Notes: generated from the letters alone by a model not told the origin. A DNA stretch of 38,333 nt from Octopus bimaculoides (GCF_001194135.2 NC_068983.1:58179171-58217503), one strand, 5' to 3'; shown: positions 13,410-25,277, numbered from the stretch's first letter. Translations and numbers: made by a program.

Positions 13410-13968
13410 NNNNNNNNNNNNNNNNNNNNNNNNNNNNNNNNNNNNNNNNNNNNNNNNNNNNNNNNNNNNNNNNNNNNNNNNNNNNNNNNNNNNNNNNNNN
13501 NNNNNNNNNNNNNNNNNNNNNNNNNNNNNNNNNNNNNNNNNNNNNNNNNNNNNNNNNNNNNNNNNNNNNNNNNNNNNNNNNNNNNNNNNNNNNNNNNNNN
13601 NNNNNNNNNNNNNNNNNNNNNNNNNNNNNNNNNNNNNNNNNNNNNNNNNNNNNNNNNNNNNNNNNNNNNNNNNNNNNNNNNNNNNNNNNNNNNNNNNNNN
13701 NNNNNNNNNNNNNNNNNNNNNNNNNNNNNNNNNNNNNNNNNNNNNNNNNNNNNNNNNNNNNNNNNNNNNNNNNNNNNNNNNNNNNNNNNNNNNNNNNNNN
13801 NNNNNNNNNNNNNNNNNNNNNNNNNNNNNNNNNNNNNNNNNNNNNNNNNNNNNNNNNNNNNNNNNNNNNNNNNNNNNNNNNNNNNNNNNNNNNNNNNNNN
13901 NNNNNNNNNNNNNNNNNNNNNNNNNNNNNNNNNNNNNNNNNNNNNNNNNNNNNNNNNNNNNNNNNNTA

Positions 13969-14023
<55 letters not shown>

Positions 14024-14050
14024 GTATGCATTTGTGCGTGTGTATACATA
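9612..14050. repeat. Block dominated by compound TA/CA/TACA microsatellites, with three N-gaps
   Basis: For example about 40 TA units at 11897-11974; gaps 10683-11482, 12563-12744 and 13410-13965. Short unique islands are interspersed. Confidence 0.9.
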
Positions 14051-14055
14051 TATAG

Positions 14056-14440
14056 GTGGCAATATAGCTATGTGGTAAGAAGTTTGCTTCACAGCCTCAT
14101 GGTCCCAGGTTCAGTTCCACTTGGGCAAGTTTCTTCTACAATAGCCTTGGGCCAACCAAAAACTTGAATGTGTATTAGGTAGACGGAAACTAAAAGAAGC
14201 CTGTTGCATATATATATGTGTCTATGTCTGTGTGTGTCTTTGTGTTTGTATTTGTCCACCACCACTGCTTGTCAACTGGTGTTGGTGTGTTTACATCCCT
14301 GCAAACTTGTGGTTCAGCAAAAGAGGCTTAAAAAGAACATAAGTACCAGGATTGATTCATTCAACTAAAATTCACCAATTTGGTGCCCCAGCATGGCCAC
14401 AGTCTAATGAATGAAACATGTAAAGGATAAAAGATGAAAG
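14056..14440 (+). mobile_element. SINE family A (diverged, near full length)
   Basis: Head, microsatellite and tail are collinear with 34922-35350. Confidence 0.85.
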
Positions 14441-14450
14441 ATACATATAT

Positions 14451-14605
14451 AGGTGCAGGCATGTCTGTAAGGTAAGATGCTTGCTTCCCAACCACATGGT
14501 TCTGGGTTCAGTCCTACTGTGTTGCACCTTGGCCAAGTGTCCTCTACTATAGTCTTGGGCCAACCAAAGCCTTGTGAGCGGGCTGGGAAGATGGAAACTG
14601 AAAAA
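14451..14605 (+). mobile_element. SINE family A, head only
   Basis: GGTGCAGGCATGTCTGTAAGGTAAG...GATGGAAACTGAAA, then truncated. Confidence 0.85.
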
Positions 14606-14609
14606 TGAT

Positions 14610-14677
14610 ACCATGGACTGAATGGAATTTGTGCACAGTTTCCCTTCTCTGTCTCAAATCATTTTTCCAGGTCTATT
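14610..14677 (-). mobile_element. R4/Dong-type REL LINE fossil, downstream piece
   Basis: Minus-strand translation NRPGKMI*DREGKLCT resembles the (H)NRPDI.I.D...K.C start of the REL endonuclease motif and continues from ...KCKH at 15607. Confidence 0.7.
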
Positions 14678-15605
14678 CATCATCATCATCATCATCATCA
14701 TCGTTTAACGTCCGCTTTCCATGCTAGCATGGGTTGGACGATTTGACTGAGGACTGGTGAAACCGGATGGCAACACCAGGCTCCAGTCTAATTTGGCAGA
14801 GTTTCTACAGCTGGATGCCCTTCCTAACGCCAACCACTCAGAGAGTGTAGTGGGTGCTTTTACGTGTCACCCGCACGAAAACGGCCACGCTCGAAATGGT
14901 GTCTTTTATGTGCCACCCGCACAAGCCAGTCCAGGGGCACTGGCAACGATCTCGCTCGAAAATCCTATGGGAGCCAGTCAGGCGGTACTGGCAACGGNNN
15001 NNNNNNNNNNNNNNNNNNNNNNNNNNNNNNNNNNNNNNNNNNNNNNNNNNNNNNNNNNNNNNNNNNNNNNNNNNNNNNNNNNNNNNNNNNNNNNNNNNNN
15101 NNNNNNNNNNNNNNNNNNNNNNNNNNNNNNNNNNNNNNNNNNNNNNNNNNNNNNNNNNNNNNNNNNNNNNNNNNNNNNNNNNNNNNNNNNNNNNNNNNNN
15201 NNNNNNNNNNNNNNNNNNNNNNNNNNNNNNNNNNNNNNNNNNNNNNNNNNNNNNNNNNNNNNNNNNNNNNNNNNNNNNNNNNNNNNNNNNNNNNNNNNNN
15301 NNNNNNNNNNNNNNNNNNNNNNNNNNNNNNNNNNNNNNNNNNNNNTACCTCTTCCACGGGTTCCCTCAACTGTTAGGGTGTGGCACTTTTTCACGCAGCT
15401 ATCCTCATCCATTCTCACCACATGTCCATACCAGCGCAATCATCTCTCTTGCACACCACAACTGATGCTTCTAATGTTCAGCTTTTCTCTCAAGATACTT
15501 ACACTCTGACAGGTATTCACATTGACATTACACATCCAACGGAGCATACTGGCTTCATTCCTTGCGAGCTTACGTATGTCCTCAGCAGTTACAGCCCATG
15601 TTTCA
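14678..15605 (-). mobile_element. 5'-truncated RTE LINE (ORF2 C-terminus, 3'UTR, (GAT)8 tail), with N-gap 14998-15345
   Basis: ETWAVTAEDIRKLARNEASMLRWMC...VQER*LRWYGHVVRMDEDSCVKKCHTLTVEGTRGRG; 3'UTR ends GGACGTTAAACGATGATGAT. Confidence 0.92.
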
Positions 15606-15606
15606 T

Positions 15607-16102
15607 GTTTACATTTTAGTGACATCTTCACTGGTACATTCCACTAGGATTCCTTTTTATTATGAGTTGCTATGATTTTTACCATACTGTGGGTTCTGAT
15701 TTCTTTGTCCTCGGAGTTAACCTTCCAATGGATTACATCATAGAGTGTCCTAGCTACAACATCATGTCTCATCAATAGATAATACTGTGATGACATTTTC
15801 GGACAACTGCTTATGATGTGGGTGACAACTTCAGTGTTAACTCTGCAAAGTCTGCATCACTTGTCACATTTTAATGCTTTCCCAGCATCCCTGTCCCTTT
15901 TGTGCTTCGGTATTTGGTTGATATTTTGTGTACCTGGATTGCAAATGCATACCTTTCAAAGTAGTAATCTGGCTATACATCCATGATAAACTGCTTTGAT
16001 GATCGATGTTATAATCTCGGAGCTTTCTACTAACATATCCATGCATGGTCTTCTGTTCGTATAGGCTCATCCTTTCATCTGATGATACGTTGTGGAAGGC
16101 TC
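15607..16102 (-). mobile_element. R4/Dong-type REL non-LTR retrotransposon fossil with CCHC zinc knuckle
   Basis: With frameshifts: KTMHG...NIDHQSSLSW...FERYAFAIQ...ISTKY...CRLCRVNTEVVTHIISSCPKMSSQYYLLMRHDVVA...WNVPVKMSLKCKH. Clade assigned from motif recall. Confidence 0.8.
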
Positions 16103-16141
16103 GTATGTATGTATGTATGTATGTATGTATGTATGTGTGAA

Positions 16142-16450
16142 GGCGCATGGCTCAATGGTATGAACGTCGAGCTTACGATCGTGAGGTTGTGAGTTCGAAT
16201 CCCAGACCGGGATACTTTATTTCATGTTGCTCCAGTTCACTTAGCTGTAGAAATGAGTTGCAACATCACTGGTGCCAAGCTGTATCGGCCCCTTTGCCTT
16301 TCCCATGGATAACACTAGTGGCATGGAGAGGGGAGGCCGGTAGGCATGGGCAACTTCCGGTCTTCTATAAACAACCTAGCCCGGACTTGTGCCTGGAAGG
16401 GTAGCTTTCTAGGTGCAATCCCATGGTCAGTCATGGACGAAGGGGGTCTC
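16142..16450 (+). mobile_element. tRNA-derived SINE family C
   Basis: A box TGGCTCAATGG, B box GAGTTCGAATCCC, CORE-like CCAGTTCACTTAGCTGTAGAAATGAGT; (TATG)n on both sides. Confidence 0.85.
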
Positions 16451-16728
16451 AGAATGTATGTATGTATGTATGTATGTATGTATGTATGTATGTATGACCT
16501 CTTCCCTGTTTTANNNNNNNNNNTATGTATGACCTCTTCCCTGTTTTAATTTAAAATAAATTTTAACCAACCAGCTGCTTGCTAGCAAAGGTTGTGAAGG
16601 AAAGTATTTTGTTTTGTTCATTATCCTTTAAATATTAAGAATGGTTACACATTTTTATTACACCAGATATTGTGATCATATATAGTGTATGAATTAAGGA
16701 TTTGTGTTCTCTCCCCACGATCCCAGGT

Positions 16729-16845
16729 TTAGCCATACTGTGCTCCAATAATAATAGGTATGGAGCTGAAAGTGTATTTTGAGTAATGGATTGGCAAATT
16801 CTTTATCAATGGTCTATAAATGTTCTCTTCTCTTGGATTATGTAC
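16729..16845 (-). mobile_element. Possible C-terminal fragment of an R4/Dong-type REL LINE
   Basis: EENIYRPLIKNLPIHYSKYTFSSIPIIIGA resembles the REL C-terminal K...Y..L...L......PI.IGALG motif. Confidence 0.5.
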
Positions 16846-17224
16846 ATACATACATACATACATACATATGTACATATGTACATGCATACATATACATGCA
16901 TACATACATACACACATATGTACATAATGTTTTTATAACTTAGTTTTGATTAAATTAGAAGCATGTATTAAATATTTACATTACATGTGACACAATATTA
17001 TCACAAATATTTAAAATTATGACAACCATATTAATATTTGTTTGAGGTGACATTTTCCTTTCATTTTTCTTCTTTTTCTGTTTTGAATCAGACCTCACTT
17101 TATTATTAATCTTATTCCATCTGATGCGTACACTGTTTAACATGTGTCTTGTACTCTCTGACATTTCAGTGCCACAAACAATACGATCATTTCCAACTGA
17201 AAAGGCTGAAAATATTTAACATAA

Positions 17225-17380
17225 GCACAGGTGTGGCTATGTGGTAAGAAGCTTGCTTCCCAACCACATGGTTCTGGGTTCAGTCCTACTGCATAGCAAA
17301 TTAGGAAAGTGTCTTCTACTATAGACTTGAGACAACCAAAGCCCTCTTAGTGGGTTTCATATAGGGAAACTGAAAGAAGC
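17225..17380 (+). mobile_element. SINE family A, head only
   Basis: GGTGTGGCTATGTGGTAAGAAGCTTGCTTCCCAACC...GAAAGAAGC. Confidence 0.85.
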
Positions 17381-17750
17381 TTTTCTTTTTATTTTTAGTT
17401 GGTTAATTAGCAAAAGGCATAAAGACAATGGATATATTTACAGTCATTTATTTTCTTCTCAAGTTTGGAAAACAAATAGAAAGAGGAAGAGAGAAAAAGA
17501 AAGGAAATTGTGGTTCAGATTCCTTTATTTTTCTTCTCATGAACTTTAAGTGTTATAATTTGTTTTTTTATATATTCTACTCATGCATGCAATTTCTTTC
17601 TCTTGGTTTCATATTGGTTCACCAGTTTCTAAGCAAGGTAATATTCCATTGTGGCCAGAAATGTTTGCACAGAACATTAGAAATGAACAGCATCACTTGT
17701 ATCATGATGATGATGTTCATTTACAACCATCACATGATGTCAAGACAACG

Positions 17751-17799
<49 letters not shown>

Positions 17800-17880
17800 N
17801 NNNNNNNNNNNNNNNNNNNAGGTAGTGCTCCAGCATGGCTGCAGTCAAATGACTGAAACATATAAAGGAATAAAAAAATG

Positions 17881-17917
<37 letters not shown>

Positions 17918-18147
17918 GCATATATATGAAATAATAAAGTTAAAACATGGCCTGGTTTTTACATTTTTTATTCTTGTATTTCAAAATATATTTTTTTACA
18001 ATGCTCAAATGTGTTAAACATTAAAAAACTATTTTGTAATGTTCATTAAGTTCAATTAGTGCTTTCATACGTTTGTAGTAATCATCAGATTTCAAAACGC
18101 ATTTAACTGACAGCTGAGTTCTTGATAACTGTAGTAAAATGACTCAG

Positions 18148-18480
18148 TCAGCCTTATACTTGAAAAGAATACATCACATTCCAATGGAGAAAAAAAAAAC
18201 TACCTCCAAATTCGAGGCACAGCTATGGGGACACGATTTACTCCAGTTTTCACGAATTCAGTATTGGGATACTTGGAACAAAACCTATCTAATAAAAAAT
18301 TGAAGAAAACTACAGCATGACTGTTAGAAGACATATAGAGGACACATGGAAAAGATACCTTGATGATTGCTTCCTAATTTGGACAAGATCCCGAGAAAAT
18401 CTGGAAGAATTCAGGACCCTCCTCTACAATCTACACCCTAGTTTCAAATTCACAAGAGAAATGAATAACACAATAACCAT
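18148..18480 (+). mobile_element. Penelope-like element reverse transcriptase fragment
   Basis: YLQIRGTAMGTRFTPVFTNSVLGYLE, a frameshift, then WKRYLDDCFLIWTRSRENLEEFRTLLYNLHPSFKFT. These are the GxAMG, RYxDD and HPxIKFT motifs of PLE RTs. Confidence 0.9.
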
Positions 18481-19621
18481 TTCTTCAAGCCAATTACATT
18501 GAAAAATAGGTGTCTGTCTCCATTTTGGATTAAAACACGAAAAAACATGGGAATTCACAATAGCATATATTCGAAGCATGGCCATCAGGGTTTCCTAAAT
18601 ACATTTGGATGCTTAACCAGAACAAATCATCAGGGAATGCTTTATTACATTAATTAACACAGAAATAAAGACTATTGGACATGGTCAGAAAACAAGTTCG
18701 TTAAGCACTCAGCCATTCCAGCACCTCATATATTCATATATTCACTATATCAGAAAAATTGTATGCCATGGTGTACTTTTGATTCTAAGCCAGCTCAGTC
18801 ACGTTTGAGCTAAGGTTAAAGAACATTATCATCATCTTCATGATCATCATTATCATCATCAACAACAATAACTCTAGTGAAGGGTTCCATATTGTATTTT
18901 ATGGCATCAGCATTCATATTTATAATAACTGCTGACTAGTAATAAAAACGAGATTTGAACTTGTGTGATGACATTGTAATCCATCATAAGTCATTTACAA
19001 TGCAATCGAATATGGAAGAACATGAGAAACAAAATCATATCGACAGAAATATAGAAGCACTACAAGGAAAGCAATTATATTAGCTATGCTAATGAATACA
19101 TATAATAACATATATGTATATGTCAAGGGAAGAAGAAAAAAACAACAATACCACACCAGGAAGTGAAATACGAATAAATACAGAAAAGAGATATAGTATT
19201 CAAATATGTATTTATGCACAGAGGCACACACACAAGCCACACATACACACAAATGTATGAGCACACAGAAGTGCAGGAACACAAGCATTTAAAGAAGAAT
19301 TAAAAGTTATAAGAGAAATACGTGAATAGAACCCAAACATGTACACACAAGCAGACAAATGTATGCACACATAAATTCACACCCACGCATTATAGATTGT
19401 AAGCATTACATTCATTATATACATGTACATATGCATACATACATATATATGTGTGTGTGTGTTTGTGTGTATATNNNNNNNNNNTCAATATATGCATAAT
19501 ACATAAATATGTGCATGTGATATACAGAATATACATAGATACATATATATTGTATATATATATTATATATTGATATAGATATAGATAAATAGATAGCTAG
19601 ATAGATAGATAAATAGATAGA

Positions 19622-19665
<44 letters not shown>

Positions 19666-20295
19666 ATAAATTTATATGTAGAGTATGTGTGTATATATAC
19701 AAATATACATACACATATATATAAATATATAAACATATATATATGTATATATATAAACATATATCTATGTTTACTTATGTATATTTGTGTGTGTGCATCT
19801 GTGCATGTGAATGCAAGTGTGTGTATGTCTATATATATATATATACATATATATATATGTAGCAACATATATATGCATGTATGTGTTTGTGGGCACACAT
19901 AGTAGTGTGACTATACACACGTGTGCGTGAATGTACATATACATGCATGGTGACAAGCATGTATGCATAAATGTATATTTGTACTGATATTTATGAATCC
20001 AGGCATATACACGTGCGTATATATGTATGTATACAAATACTCATACAAACAAAGCAAGTGTAAAATTTTGATAAGTGATTAAATGAAAGATTCCAGGAAT
20101 TCTATAGAAATTATTAAATTCATTTTATTACAAATTCTCAAAATTAATGCATTCAGATTGAGACAGAGTGGTTCCATAGTGTTTCTTGTTAATTTCCAGC
20201 TTGTTTTCTGGGGTTTTTTTCATTAGCTTTTTGCTTTTTCTGATATTATTTATGTATTTTGTATTTCTTTTGTGGGACTGGAAAGAGATGTTATT

Positions 20296-20585
20296 TGTCT
20301 ATCTATCTATATATCCATCTATCTATCTGTCTATCTCTCTCTCTCTCTATCTATCTATCTATCCATCTATCTCTACCTACCTATCCATCTATCTATTTAT
20401 CTATCTATCTCTACCTACCTACCTACCTACCTACCTACCTACCTACCTATCTACCTACCTATCTATCTATCTATCTATTTATCTATCTATCTATATAGCT
20501 ATCTATTTATCTACCTACCTACCTGCCTATTTATCTATCTATGTATCTATCTATATATCTATCTATCTATCGATCTGCTTGCCTG

Positions 20586-20629
<44 letters not shown>

Positions 20630-20690
20630 CCTCTCTATCTATCAACTTATCTATCTATCTATCTGTCTATCTATTTATCTACCTATCTAT
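20296..20690. repeat. Compound (CTAT)n/(CTAC)n array, about 400 bp
   Basis: Direct reading. Confidence 0.95.
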
Positions 20691-20765
20691 AGAAACAAAC
20701 ATACACCTACATATATATGTATATATGTGTATATGTGTGTGAGAGTATGAATGTATATGACTGCT

Positions 20766-20803
<38 letters not shown>

Positions 20804-21520
20804 TGTGCATATGTGCATGTGTGTGCATGTACATGCACGCACACATGTATGCATATACATGCACTCATGCACGTGTGTGTGCCTGTACATGCATGTGTGT
20901 GTGTGTGTGCATGCGATGAATATATGTTTAAATTCTGTAGTGCGTGTGTATAACTTTATGTGCACACACACATACACCCACAAACACACTTTTCCTAGTT
21001 ATAATCTGTGTGTAACTGTGTGTGTCAACCAATTCTTAAAACACTGATTTATTTGCTAATGGGAACGAAACATCTTAATAGGCTTATGTTTCTTTTCTTT
21101 CATTATTACAACATCGTTGTTATTGTTGTTTTATTTTATTTGTGTATTGTTTATATTCTTGTAGAGAAGAAAGGATAATGGCAATGAAATTAATGGGGAA
21201 AATAGTAATTATTCTGATGGTGATTTTGATAATGATAATGAAAACTATCGCAATGATCATGATGGTGCGAGTTCTATTAAAAATGGCTTTTGTCGTTGTG
21301 CATGTTGGTGCTGGTATTGCTTGAACAAACCCTAAAAACATAGAGGGAGTTAAACCAAATGAAGCATTGAAATAGAATCTCTTGTCAGAGCAATCCTATT
21401 TTAATATCGGTGTGATTGTTCTAACATCTATGACTAATAAAGAGTTTAATTTTCATAAAAGATGAAGAGAAATTGGTAATGGAAATATATAAGTATGTAT
21501 ATACATACATACATGTGTGT

Positions 21521-21559
<39 letters not shown>

Positions 21560-22231
21560 CACACACATATATATATATATATATATCATAAATGAAATTC
21601 AAAGATTACTGCAATGAAGTTATGCAGTTCTGAATTTAGAAGAAATTGAACATAAATTCCGAATTTAAACGATCTATTATTTTTCGTATTATGTATTCCG
21701 GAAGATGTAAAATATTTGAAACACAATGTGGCCTTTGACCACCTCAAGAACGAATACTAAATAGAACAAAGAATGAAATAAAATCTTATATTGATTCCGT
21801 CTTTCATTCCAAGAATGGATTTAAAACTTAAATAATATCCGAGGAATAAATTTACACTATTTTTGTTTACAATTAGCCATCATTTATCTTTTCTTTTATT
21901 CCATTATTTGTTTCACTCATTGGACTGCAGCCATGCTGGGGCACCACCTTGAAGAGCTATCTATGTATCATATCTAACAGGTGTGGCTGTGTGGTAAGAT
22001 GTTTACTTTCCAGTTGCATGGTTCTGATTTAAAGTGTTAAAGCTGAGATCCCTTAAATTGTAAAGATCACTTACAATCATCCTGTATATAGCACTGGTAA
22101 TAAAATTTCCTCTTCTCATGTGACTATGAGTACACATCATTACCAAGATCCAACAAAACCAAAACGCATTCTTGCTAGCTAAAACCAGGATGTTTTTTTT
22201 TATCTCTCTCCAATTTATATATTAAGTTATT

Positions 22232-22450
22232 AAGGTAGCAAGTTGATAGAAACATTGTCGCACCAGGCAAAAATATCTAGCAGCAATTTGTCTTTCTTTA
22301 TGTTCTGAGTTCATATTCTGCCAAGGTAGATTTTGCCTTTCATCTTTTCAAGTTCCATGCAATAAGTGCCAGTCGATCACTGGGATTAATATATATAATC
22401 TTCCCCTTACCCGAAATTACTGACCTTTCATCAAAATATGAAACCCATAT
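22232..22450 (+). mobile_element. SINE family B (diverged)
   Basis: TGTTCTGAGTTCATATTC...TTTTGCCTTTCATCTTTTCAAG...AATAAGTGCCAGT. Confidence 0.75.
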
Positions 22451-22584
22451 AAAGCTATCAACAATACATATCTGTAAGAGATTTTATCTCAGACAAAAAT
22501 TGAAGCATCTTGCCTGTCAATGATGTATGTACTTTAAGTATGATACATAGATGGCTATTTTAATTCAATGCTTCTTTATTTGAA

Positions 22585-22645
22585 TACCCCAAGCATTTAC
22601 AATTAATTGTAATAATGTTACTGCCTTGAGGTTTGCAGATGAAGA
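22585..22645 (+). mobile_element. Possible RTE reverse-transcriptase relic
   Basis: FTINCNNVTALRFADE resembles the RTE I.ING..I..LRFADD catalytic motif, but the match is short. Confidence 0.3.
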
Positions 22646-22839
22646 AAAAAACATTGATTCAATAGACAATTATATGGAAAAGAAATTGGTTTCAGAGATA
22701 AGGAAAATTAAAATCCTCTCAAGAAAGAATGGCTGTGTGGTTAAGAAACTCATTTTTAGGTTCCGTCCCACTGCACACCTTCTTAGGCAAGTGTCTTCTG
22801 CTATAGCCACAGGATAAGATAAATGTAAACATCCTTCAT

Positions 22840-23437
22840 GAGTGATATAGATTCAGAGAGCTGGTTTCCCAGTTTCTGTGGTGCATACATTTTTTCCCTC
22901 CTGGATGGGGTGCTAGTCCAGCAGAGGATTACTCATGTTTGCTAACTGAATAGACTAAAGGTTCTCAACATGGGCCATTTGGAGTTTGAGGTGGGGGGCG
23001 TTTTGGAGCCAAGGGGCTCTCTTGTACCAAAGAGCACTCTTTTGATAGACAATACATTGATCTCATAAGTGTTGCATGGTGGAAATAAACACAATTACCA
23101 AACTTGCAATTCCTTATTTCGTTTATTTCTTTTGCATTTCAATTAGTACATCTGTACTCCAGACTGCATACAAGTGTATATGTAAAACGACGTCCTTTAT
23201 TTTTTAATCATTATCTACTGATATCAAAATAAGTAGCATATTGAAAAATAAAAATATTTTCGGGGTGGGGGAGGCATTTGTGACTCCAGGGGTCAAAAGG
23301 GGGCCTTTGCCCAAAATGGGTTGAGAACCTTTGGACTAGAGCAATGTGAACACAGCACATCACCCAGTCCAGGAACTGAAACCACAATTTTATGATTATG
23401 AGTCCAATGCTCTAACTGCTAAGCCACGTGCCTCCAC
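22840..23437 (-). mobile_element. tRNA-derived SINE (family D, C-related) split by a hAT MITE
   Basis: Minus-strand head GTGGAGGCACGTGGCTTAGCAGTTAGAGC...GTTTCAGTTCC; the body resumes on the other side of the MITE. Confidence 0.7.
22956..23333. mobile_element. hAT (Charlie-like) MITE
   Basis: TIRs AAAGGTTCTCAAC (22957-22969) and GTTGAGAACCTTT (23320-23332); imperfect 7-8-bp host duplication TAGACTA/TGGACTA. Confidence 0.75.
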
Positions 23438-23799
23438 ACTATGGCCTCGGGCCAACCAATGATGCCTCAGCAAGGCTGTAATGTAATGACTAAAACATGT
23501 AAAATATAGATAAGTGAAAACATGAAAAGATGTTGTAGATAGTGTTAGAGAAATTGTAACAAGGCCATGAATGAAATTACTGGAAGACAAAAAAAAGCTT
23601 GAGTTATTTTCAAAGATACAAATGTTAATCGCTTTAAAAAAGATTTATTTAAAGAAGCACATACAAAGATGTAGTTAAAAACAAAAGCAGAAACTATTTT
23701 AAAAAACCGTTTCAAAGTCAATATTGATTTTTCTGGAGTGATAAAACTTGAAGGTTGCGCATTTGTCAATGAGTTTAATTCAGTTTAAATTTTCCTCAC

Positions 23800-23937
23800 C
23801 ATCACTATCATTGTTGCGTCATCATCTTACTTCTCATTATAATCATTGTCATCATGGTCCATCTCCTCTTCTTGTTCTTCCTCCTCATCATCGTCATCAT
23901 CATCATCATCACCATCATCATCATTGTCTATCCTCCT

Positions 23938-23982
<45 letters not shown>

Positions 23983-24297
23983 CCCTCCTCTTCCTCCTCC
24001 TCCTCTTCCTTTTCATCCTCCACTTCCTATTCTCCCTCCTCCTCATCATCATCATCGTTTTCGTTGTCATCCTCCTTCTCATTATCATCATTGTCATCAT
24101 GGTTCATCTCTTCTTTTTCTTCCTCTTCCTCCTCATCGTCATCATTATCATTGTCCATCTCCTTTGCTTTCTCTTCCTCTCCTTCCTCTTCATCCTCCTC
24201 GTCATCATCATCGTTGTTGTTGTCATACTCCTCATTAGCACTATTGTCATCACAGTCTATCTCCTCCTCTTCTCATCGTCTTCATCATCATCATAAC
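23800..24297. repeat. Degenerate trinucleotide (CAT/CCT/CTT) low-complexity tract
   Basis: Direct reading; all three plus-strand frames are open with compositionally biased peptides. Confidence 0.9.
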
Positions 24298-24960
24298 CTT
24301 AAACAGTGTGGCTGGGAAGCATACTGCTTATCACACATTTGACTGAACCAAAAATGATTAAATTTTAGCTACATGAAGACTTCATTACTAAGAGTCTAAC
24401 TTTACAAGCATTTAACGAAACTCTGTGTAAAATATGTGAAGATTTCCTGGCACACCCAATATTTTCCCTGCCTCTTCTATGAAGCATTAAAGGCATACCA
24501 AACATCTTGAGTTTAACTTCATGTGGCTGGTATTATACATGAACCAACAGCATAGCATTTTGGTAAATACCAAACAGTATGTTCTTCCAGAGACTGGTTG
24601 TCTCTGGTAGCAATTAACTCCATTTCATATTTAATTTATCTCATTTAATTATCTTTTAATATAATGACTTTATTGTTAGATAAAAAATATATTAACATAA
24701 CGGCATAAAATCAAATTATATTTCAATAAAACTGCTTCCAAATTTCTAGATACTTCTCCACATAGAAATACTGAAAGCAATTTCTAATACTATGGCGAGT
24801 TTTTTTTTTATATTTTATTAAATATTTTCTAGTGCTTTTAGTGATTTTTTTTTTACCTGTTTTATACTCAATTATTGAAAATGGTAAAATTTAGTTAAGA
24901 TTCTTACCCTACTAACACATAGGTACTTATGTCTAAGTATGTTATTTGTTTGAATAGTGA

Positions 24961-25031
24961 ACATCAGTGATTCAATGGTAGAATGCTTGCCTGTCATGCT
25001 GGAAACCTAGGTTCGATTCCAAGCTGATGTG
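24961..25031 (+). tRNA. tRNA-Gly(GCC)-derived gene now carrying anticodon GTC; probably a pseudogene
   Basis: 71 nt. Acceptor stem ACATCAG/CTGATGT 7/7; D stem ATTC/GAAT; B box GGTTCGATTCC; anticodon GTC at 24993-24995. One mismatch each in the anticodon and T stems. Confidence 0.65.
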
Positions 25032-25045
25032 ATGTGATACTTATA

Positions 25046-25212
25046 GGTGTGGCATCACTGTGTGGTAAGAAGTTTGCTTCCCAACCACATGGTTATGTGT
25101 TCAGTCCCACAGTGTGGCACATTCAGCAAGTGTCTTCTACTCTAGCTTCAAGCTGACTGAAGCCTTGAGAGTGGATTTAATCAACAGAAACAGAAAGAAA
25201 CCTGAAGCCTGT

Positions 25213-25213
<1 letters not shown>
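25046..25213 (+). mobile_element. SINE family A head, followed by a TA/TG microsatellite
   Basis: Collinear with other family A heads. Confidence 0.85.
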
Positions 25214-25253
<40 letters not shown>

Positions 25254-25277
25254 NNNNNNNNNNNNNNNNNNNNNNNN

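Noticed and set aside
16142-16212. Functional tRNA gene
   Set aside because: A/B boxes are present but there is no closing acceptor stem; it continues into a SINE body.
16489-16548. 25-bp direct repeat
   Set aside because: Same 10-N gap overlap artifact.
22626-22817. 63-aa ORF as a host exon
   Set aside because: Its 3' part is a SINE head and its 5' part is better explained, weakly, as an RT relic.
23560-23790. Near-open plus-strand frame (VIFKDTNVNRFKKDLFKEAHTKM*LKTKAETILKNRF...)
   Set aside because: Short, two stops, no recognisable motif, and A-rich composition favours K/N-rich runs.
23748-24342. Three overlapping 130-182 aa ORFs (poly-S, poly-P/H, poly-L/I)
   Set aside because: All three frames are open because of trinucleotide composition; no splice or homology support.
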